IMG/VR virus record: IMGVR_UViG_3300017698_000003
Location: 1-42,756 of that record
Length of the DNA: 42,756 bases
DNA from: a virus
Strand: one strand, 5' to 3'
A program made the translations under genes and the position numbers. Under the pieces are notes generated by a model. That model did not search any database and was not told the DNA's origin. It saw only the letters and a list, made by a program, of their open reading frames with translations. Each line of letters begins with the position of its first letter. Position 1 is the stretch's first letter. This document shows positions 33,658 through 39,934 of the stretch, piece after piece.

Positions 33658-35289
33658 ATGTCGTTACGTTGGTATCAAGACGAAGCTATAGAAAGCATTT
33701 TTCAATACTTCGGTAACGGCGGGGTAGGTAATCCCGTCGTTGCGTTGCCCACAGGCACCGGCAAATCGCACGTAATCGGCGGGTTTCAACAGCGCGCGCT
33801 AGGCTACTGGCCTAGGCAACGGTTCATTAACCTAACGCACGTAAAGGAACTTGTAGAACAGAACGCGAAGAAGCTTATAGGTATGTGGCCTTCGGCCCCC
33901 GTAGGCATTAACAGCGCGGGCTTGAAGCAACGCGACATAATGCAAGCGATTATCTTTGCGGGTATTGCCAGCGTAGCGAAGAACCCGGCGGCGCTAGGGC
34001 ACCGCGACCTAGCCCTAATAGACGAATGCCACCTTGTCAGCCCTAACGCCGAAACCACGTACCAAACCTTTCTAGCGGCTTTGCGCGAAGTGAACCCGTA
34101 CCTTAAGGTCGTTGGCTTCACTGCGACCCCGTACCGTCTAGGGCAGGGCATGATTACCGACGGCGGCTTGTTTACCGACATATGCTACGACATGACGAAT
34201 ATTGACGGGTTCGGGCGGTTGCTTGCCGAAGGGTTCTTAGCGCCCTTGTTCCCGCGACCAACGAAGACCGAACTAGACGTGTCGGGCGTAGGTATGTCGA
34301 ACGGCGACTACACGCAAAACGCGCTACAAGCCGCCGTAGACAAGCAAGACGTAACCTACCGCGCACTAATGGAATTGTGCGAAGCCGGTTGGAACCGCCG
34401 CGCTTGGCTCGTCTTCGCGTCTGGCGTAGAACACGCCGAACACATAGCCGAAATGCTTAACAGCTTTGGCATTCCGTCCGCCGCCGTTCATTCAAAGATG
34501 AAAGCAAGCGAACGCGACGAACGTATTAAGGCGTTCAAGCGGGGCGAACTTAGGTGCCTAGTCAACAACAACGTTTTGACTACGGGCTTTGACTACCCGC
34601 CTATCGACCTAATCGGAATGCTGCGCCCTACCATGTCGCCCGGCCTGTGGGTTCAAATGCTAGGCCGGGGTACGCGTCCGTTCCTTGACGGCGGCTATAT
34701 CGACATAGGGGGCGGTCAAGAACTGTGGATACCGGGCGGCAAGACCGATTGCCTTGTGCTTGACTTCGCGGGCAACACGAAGCGGCTAGGGCCGATTAAC
34801 GACCCGTGCATACCGAAGAAGAAGAAGGGTATAGCAGGCGACGCGCCCGTGCGCATATGCGACGTATGCGGAACGTATAACCATGCGGCGGCGACGCATT
34901 GCATTTGTTGCGGTACTGAATTCGAACGCAGGGAAAAACTAACCGACAAGGCGTCGAACGAAGAACTATTGCGCAGCGACGCGCCCGTAGTCGAATACTT
35001 CGACGTAACGCGCGTAATGTACCACAGGCACGAAAAGAAGGATACGGGCGCTATAAGCCTGCGCTGCGACTACTATAGCGGCATTCAACGCTTTAGCGAA
35101 TGGGTACACTTCGAAAAGGGCGGTATGCCGGGGCACAAGGCTAAAGAGTGGTGGCGGCAACGTCACGCCGCCGAACCGCCCGCAACAGTTGACGAAGCCC
35201 TTACGTTCGTGTCGCAGCTTCGCGCGCCCCGTCGTATTCGCGTATGGACAAACAAACGTTACCCGGAGATTTTAGGCTATGAATATTGA
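33658..35289 (+). CDS. Superfamily 2 DEAD/DEAH-box DNA helicase
   Basis: ALPTGTGKSHV (motif I), LIDECHLV (II), GFTATPYR (III), QMLGRGTR (VI). C-terminal CDVC...CICC zinc ribbon. Confidence 0.8.
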   Translation: MSLRWYQDEAIESIFQYFGNGGVGNPVVALPTGTGKSHVIGGFQQRALGYWPRQRFINLTHVKELVEQNAKKLIGMWPSAPVGINSAGLKQRDIMQAIIFAGIASVAKNPAALGHRDLALIDECHLVSPNAETTYQTFLAALREVNPYLKVVGFTATPYRLGQGMITDGGLFTDICYDMTNIDGFGRLLAEGFLAPLFPRPTKTELDVSGVGMSNGDYTQNALQAAVDKQDVTYRALMELCEAGWNRRAWLVFASGVEHAEHIAEMLNSFGIPSAAVHSKMKASERDERIKAFKRGELRCLVNNNVLTTGFDYPPIDLIGMLRPTMSPGLWVQMLGRGTRPFLDGGYIDIGGGQELWIPGGKTDCLVLDFAGNTKRLGPINDPCIPKKKKGIAGDAPVRICDVCGTYNHAAATHCICCGTEFERREKLTDKASNEELLRSDAPVVEYFDVTRVMYHRHEKKDTGAISLRCDYYSGIQRFSEWVHFEKGGMPGHKAKEWWRQRHAAEPPATVDEALTFVSQLRAPRRIRVWTNKRYPEILGYEY

Positions 35290-35527
35290 TAGAGGAACGG
35301 CGAACCTTGAACTACTTACTACGTGGTTGTGCAATCGTATAAGCGTACACACGAAGTACAGTATAGAACGCGAAGTGCGTAACGCCCTTCGAACGTGCGT
35401 TACGTGCGAACACTTTGACAAGGACGCCGAAACGTGTAAACTAGCAGACGGGCAACGACCGCCCGCTAAGGTCATAGCGTACGGCTGCGATAGCTATACG
35501 TTCGAATTCGACGACATACCATTTTAA
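35279..35527 (+). CDS. Small 4-Cys protein ending in an SSB-like acidic tip (..EFDDIPF)
   Basis: 82 aa with a GGAG SD. CVTC-x10-C-x16-C. The last six residues FDDIPF match the conserved bacterial SSB C-terminal tip DDDIPF. Confidence 0.55.
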   Translation: MNIDRGTANLELLTTWLCNRISVHTKYSIEREVRNALRTCVTCEHFDKDAETCKLADGQRPPAKVIAYGCDSYTFEFDDIPF

Positions 35528-35537
35528 GGGGGTTGCC

Positions 35538-36548
35538 ATGGCACCGCGCAAACGAACAACACCAAAGGACAAAGAACCTAAGCTAAGTCTTGCCGTCGCG
35601 CTTGACTTCGTGAAGGTCGCACAATCTGACAAGTCTAACGACCTTGTAGCGAAAACGCACTGTAGGTTACAAGGCGGGTTCGCGGTCGCGTTCGACGGCG
35701 TTCTAGCGGTCGGGCACCCTATCGAAGAAGAACTAGCAGTGTGTCCGCACACTTACCGACTAATCGACGCCCTATCGCGCTGCAAAAAGACCATATCTAT
35801 TACGCAGCTTGACGGCGAACAGCTTGTGATTAAGTCGGGCGGGTTCCGGGTCGTTATCCCGTGCTTGAACCCGGCGGCACTTCCGTACGCTGCGCCCGAC
35901 CCGAAGGCCGGTACAATCGACGACACGATTAAAGAGGGGTTCGCAATACTTAACCCTATCGTGTCGGGCACGGGGCACACGGTCGTAGAAGCTTCGTTGC
36001 TATTGAACAATAACAGCATGGTAGCGACCGACCGGCAAATAATGCTTGAATTTTGGCACGGTATCAACCTACCGGACGGCCTAGCCATACCTAAAGCGGC
36101 GGTCGTCGCGGTTAACAAGGTCAAGGCGGCGCTTGTGGGCATTGGTGTTTCAGAACGTACGGTTACGTTCCACTACGAAGGCGGCGCATGGATACGCACG
36201 CAGCTATACGCCGACCCATGGCCGGACGTTGCTAGCGTACTTAACAAGGGCGACCCGCACAACGCGATTAAAGCCCCCGACGGGTTTTACGACGGCGTAG
36301 AAGCCGTCGCCCCGTTTAGTGCGGCTGGCGAAGTGTACACCACAGACACGGGGCTAGCTTCACACAACACGGCGGGCGTAGGCGCTACGTACGAAGTAAA
36401 GAACGTACCGCCCGGCCTTTGCTTCGGGTCTAAGCACCTGTTAACCGTAAAAGACCACGGGGCTAAGGTTGACTTGGTAGGCGTTAACGGTATATCGTTC
36501 TTCTACGGCGACCGCGTACGCGGCGCAGTATCACAACGTAGGGGGTAA
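35538..36548 (+). CDS. DNA polymerase sliding clamp (DnaN/beta-clamp-like)
   Basis: LVIKSGGFRVVIPCLNPAALPYAAP compares with E. coli MLVRSGRSRFSLSTLPAADFPNL. NNNSMVATDRQIMLEF compares with LRTVATDGHRLAV. YADPWPDVASVLNKG compares with VDGRFPDYRRVLPKN. 336 aa. Confidence 0.6.
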   Translation: MAPRKRTTPKDKEPKLSLAVALDFVKVAQSDKSNDLVAKTHCRLQGGFAVAFDGVLAVGHPIEEELAVCPHTYRLIDALSRCKKTISITQLDGEQLVIKSGGFRVVIPCLNPAALPYAAPDPKAGTIDDTIKEGFAILNPIVSGTGHTVVEASLLLNNNSMVATDRQIMLEFWHGINLPDGLAIPKAAVVAVNKVKAALVGIGVSERTVTFHYEGGAWIRTQLYADPWPDVASVLNKGDPHNAIKAPDGFYDGVEAVAPFSAAGEVYTTDTGLASHNTAGVGATYEVKNVPPGLCFGSKHLLTVKDHGAKVDLVGVNGISFFYGDRVRGAVSQRRG

Positions 36549-36553
36549 CGTAC

Positions 36554-38566
36554 TTGTTCTTCGATACCGTAGATTTAGCGCCCCGTAAGCGTTCGACGTT
36601 ACGCGCAGCCCCGCCGGTTCCCCACACAGGTTGGACCCCGCCGCGCGAATTCCCGAACCTATCCGCCGCGACCGCGCTAGCCATTGACTGCGAAACGAAA
36701 GAAACCGACTTTTCGAACGGCCCCGGTTGGGGTCGCGGTAAGGGTCATATCGTCGGCGTGTCCGTAGCTGCACAGGCGGCGGACGGCGCACGCGGTAAAT
36801 GGTACTTCCCGGTTAGGCACGAAGTAGAGGGGCACGACAACCTAGACCCGCGCGGCGTATTCGGTTGGCTTAAGTCGGTGCTGCACACGCCAGTACCGAA
36901 GGTAGGGGCGAACCTGTTGTACGACGTGGGTTGGCTAACGACCGAAGACATTTACGTGCAAGGGCCGTTGCATGACGTGCAGTTTGCCGAAGCACTTATA
37001 GACGAATTCGCTTTTGTGGCGTTGGACGTGCTAGGGCATAAGTATCTAGGCCAGCGCAAGACTAGCGACCTTATGTACGATTGGTTGCGCGAAGCCTACC
37101 CGGAAACGCCTAAGTCGGAAACGCGCGGCGATATTTACCGTTGTCCGCCCCGGCTTGTGGGGCACTACGCCGAAGACGACGCCGACCTACCCTTGCGCAT
37201 TATCCCGCACCAATACGACGAAATGTTGCGGCAAGGTCTATTAACGGTTTATCGGCTAGAATGCGACCTAATACCGCTTCTAATCAGAATGCGGCGCGAA
37301 GGTGTTACCGTTGACATTCCAGCCGCGACGAAGCTATACGACGAAATGCAAGGCGAAATACGCGGACTATACGACCGTATCGGGTCCGAATATGGCTACA
37401 GTATTTCAAGTTCGGATAGTCGCCAGCTAGGGCCGCTATTCCAGCGCGTAGGCATTGCTACCCCTATGACGGACGCGGGCAACCCTAGCGTACAAAAGGA
37501 ATGGCTAGCCGGGCTAGAACACCCACTAGGCGACATTGTGCGCGACATACGCGAACGCGAAAAGTTGTGCGGCACGTTTATTCAGTCGTACATTATTGAC
37601 AAGAACGTAAACGGGAAAATATTCCCGCAATTTCACCCACTAAAGGGCGACGACAACGGCGCTAAGGTAGGCCGGTTCGCGTCAAGTGACCCCAACCTAC
37701 AAAACATACCGTCGCGCACTAAACTAGGTAAGCGCGTGCGGCAATTGTTCATACCCGACGCAGGCCACCACCATTGGACTAAGCTAGACTACTCACAAAT
37801 TCATTACCGCATTCTAGCGCACTTTGCCGTCGGGCCGGGTGCCGAAGAACTACGGCAAGCGTATATCAGAAACAAAGAAACCGACTACCACCAAAATGTA
37901 CTTGAAGCGGTCGCGCCGCTTATGGGTTGGGACACTAGCGACGACGAACATAACGCGTTCGTGCGCCGACCTATCAAAAACGTTAACTTCGGCCTGCTAT
38001 ACGGGCAGTCGCTTAAGTCGCTTATGCTTAAGACGGCTGCGTATTTCGGCGGCGCGTTCACCGAAGAACAGGCTAAAGGCTTCTTCGACGCCTACTTTAA
38101 GGGCGCACCATACGTTAAGCCAACTATGAAAATGATAGGCGAAGAAGTGCAGCAATTCGGCTACACGACTTCGGTACTTGGCCGTCGTTGCCGGTTCAAC
38201 CTGTGGGAACCCGGCGTGCGCGGCGAATGGGGCGACGCCCTGCCATACGACCAAGCGATACGCGAATACGGGTCGTTTATCCGTCGCGCGTACGAATATC
38301 GCGGCGTTAACTACAAGTTCCAATCGTCGGAACCGGACATTATGAAAACCGGCATGTTAAAGTGCCTCAATAGCGGCGTGTTCGACTACACAGGCGTACC
38401 GCGCCTAACTGTGCATGACGAACTAGACTTTAGCGTGCGCGACGACACGCCCGAAATGCGGGAAGCGTTCGAATTTATTCAGCATACTATGGAAGGTGCC
38501 GTAGAACTTAAGGTGCCGGTCTTCGTAGACATGGAACGCGGCCCGAATTGGGGCAAGGTCGATTAA
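36554..38566 (+). CDS. Family A DNA polymerase with 3'-5' exonuclease domain
   Basis: Exo motifs LAIDCETKE, NLLYDVGWL and HYAEDDADL. Pol motifs KLDYSQIHYRILAH (A), RRPIKNVNFGLLYGQS (B) and VHDELDF (C). TTG start with an AGGGGG SD. Confidence 0.85.
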   Translation: MFFDTVDLAPRKRSTLRAAPPVPHTGWTPPREFPNLSAATALAIDCETKETDFSNGPGWGRGKGHIVGVSVAAQAADGARGKWYFPVRHEVEGHDNLDPRGVFGWLKSVLHTPVPKVGANLLYDVGWLTTEDIYVQGPLHDVQFAEALIDEFAFVALDVLGHKYLGQRKTSDLMYDWLREAYPETPKSETRGDIYRCPPRLVGHYAEDDADLPLRIIPHQYDEMLRQGLLTVYRLECDLIPLLIRMRREGVTVDIPAATKLYDEMQGEIRGLYDRIGSEYGYSISSSDSRQLGPLFQRVGIATPMTDAGNPSVQKEWLAGLEHPLGDIVRDIREREKLCGTFIQSYIIDKNVNGKIFPQFHPLKGDDNGAKVGRFASSDPNLQNIPSRTKLGKRVRQLFIPDAGHHHWTKLDYSQIHYRILAHFAVGPGAEELRQAYIRNKETDYHQNVLEAVAPLMGWDTSDDEHNAFVRRPIKNVNFGLLYGQSLKSLMLKTAAYFGGAFTEEQAKGFFDAYFKGAPYVKPTMKMIGEEVQQFGYTTSVLGRRCRFNLWEPGVRGEWGDALPYDQAIREYGSFIRRAYEYRGVNYKFQSSEPDIMKTGMLKCLNSGVFDYTGVPRLTVHDELDFSVRDDTPEMREAFEFIQHTMEGAVELKVPVFVDMERGPNWGKVD

Positions 38567-38596
38567 AGACCCCGCCCCGTATTTGGGCTTGCCCGA

Positions 38597-39934
38597 TTAA
38601 GCGACCTGTACGCCCCAAAAGTAGTTTTCGTCGGCGGCTACGTAAGCGTCTTGCCCGACAAAGAACGCCCGCAAATCGACCGTATCGCCCGCCGTAAGCT
38701 TAAGGCACGCGGTAACACTTATCGACGTGGTGTCGTCGATAGCTGCGCCGCCTTCGCCTGTGCGCCGTGACGCGTCGGCGGTTGGGCTTGCCGCATTGAC
38801 GCTAAACCCTATTTGAATGGCCGTAGGTACGGTTCCGTTCGTCTTGTGCAGGAACCCGCCCCCGAACAGGTAGTAGCCGTCGTGCGGGGCCGTAAACGCG
38901 CCAGACGAAACCGACGCTTGGTCGTTGTGGCGTGTGTTGTTTATATCAATCTTGAACCATGCCCCGGCGGCGTTGTATTGGTCGTAGTTCAAGTACCCGC
39001 TAAACTTCGGGTGTTGCGGTAGGGATACCGCCGCCGTGTCTTTGTCCGCGATAAGGGCAATAGTGTACACCGAACCGTCGGGCGAAGTTTTAAGCGTCCA
39101 ATCGTCGTCGCCAAGCAACCCGGCAAGCGCGCGGCCCGAAAAGTTCGTTTGCCATGTAACCGACGCGTCGTTAGCCGCCGCGTTTTTACTGAATACGAAG
39201 CCGAAGCTACCCGACGAACTAAACAACGCGCTTGACCCCTGCACGCTAAGAACGTTGTTTGCGTCGGCTGTTGCACCGCCGAAACCTACGTGCCCGTTGT
39301 CCGCGTCTACGTGCATGGCTTGGTAGAACGTCGAACCGTCGGGGCTAACACTAATAACGTAGTCGTCGATACCGTTAAGCCCCGCAATAACGCGCGTGCT
39401 AAACCCGGTCTTGTACGTCAATGTCGCCACGTCGCCCGACGCGTTCTTATTAAGCACTACGTCTATATCGTCGGTTTCGCGGTTGAACAGTACGCCCGGC
39501 GTGTTGATTGATAGCCGGTTAGTAGTATCCGCCGTCGCGCCGTTGATACCAAGCAACAGTACGTCGCCTTGCGCCAACGACGTAGCGTTGACCGGCGACG
39601 TATAGGTGCCCCATGCCGCGCCGTCGTACAGGTACATAAGCCCTTCGTCGCGTACATAAACTAGCCAACCTTCGCGCGGGGTATGGAAGTACCAAGCCGT
39701 TTCTTGCCACGACGCTAGCTTACCCGCTTGACCTGCCCACAGGCCGGTAGGGCTAGCCCCGACTATGTACGTATCGCCGTTCGTTGGCGAACCCGGCGGG
39801 GTCGCAAGGTCTTTGTCTTCGGCGTATGCCTGCACAACGGCGTCTAAGGCGCGGAAACCGTCGTTAACGCTAACGTGTTTTTGCGACTGTGCGGCTTCAA
39901 GGTACGTAATACCTAGGTTCGGTGTATCGGTCAT
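38597..39934 (-). CDS. Tail fibre: DUF2793 N-terminal domain plus C1q/TNF-like C-terminal head
   Basis: N-terminus LGITYLEAAQSQKHVSVNDGFRALDAVV...PPGSPTNGDTYIVG..PTGLWAGQAGKLASW fits the DUF2793 pattern. C-terminus FTAPHDGYYLFGGGF...LKLTAGDTVDL is C1q-like. ATGA overlap with the g15-like stop. Confidence 0.65.
   Translation of the reverse strand: MTDTPNLGITYLEAAQSQKHVSVNDGFRALDAVVQAYAEDKDLATPPGSPTNGDTYIVGASPTGLWAGQAGKLASWQETAWYFHTPREGWLVYVRDEGLMYLYDGAAWGTYTSPVNATSLAQGDVLLLGINGATADTTNRLSINTPGVLFNRETDDIDVVLNKNASGDVATLTYKTGFSTRVIAGLNGIDDYVISVSPDGSTFYQAMHVDADNGHVGFGGATADANNVLSVQGSSALFSSSGSFGFVFSKNAAANDASVTWQTNFSGRALAGLLGDDDWTLKTSPDGSVYTIALIADKDTAAVSLPQHPKFSGYLNYDQYNAAGAWFKIDINNTRHNDQASVSSGAFTAPHDGYYLFGGGFLHKTNGTVPTAIQIGFSVNAASPTADASRRTGEGGAAIDDTTSISVTACLKLTAGDTVDLRAFFVGQDAYVAADENYFWGVQVA

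Noticed and set aside
38567-38596. Bidirectional terminator between the convergent polymerase and fibre genes
   Set aside because: The gap is only 30 nt, and I could not find a stable inverted repeat in it.
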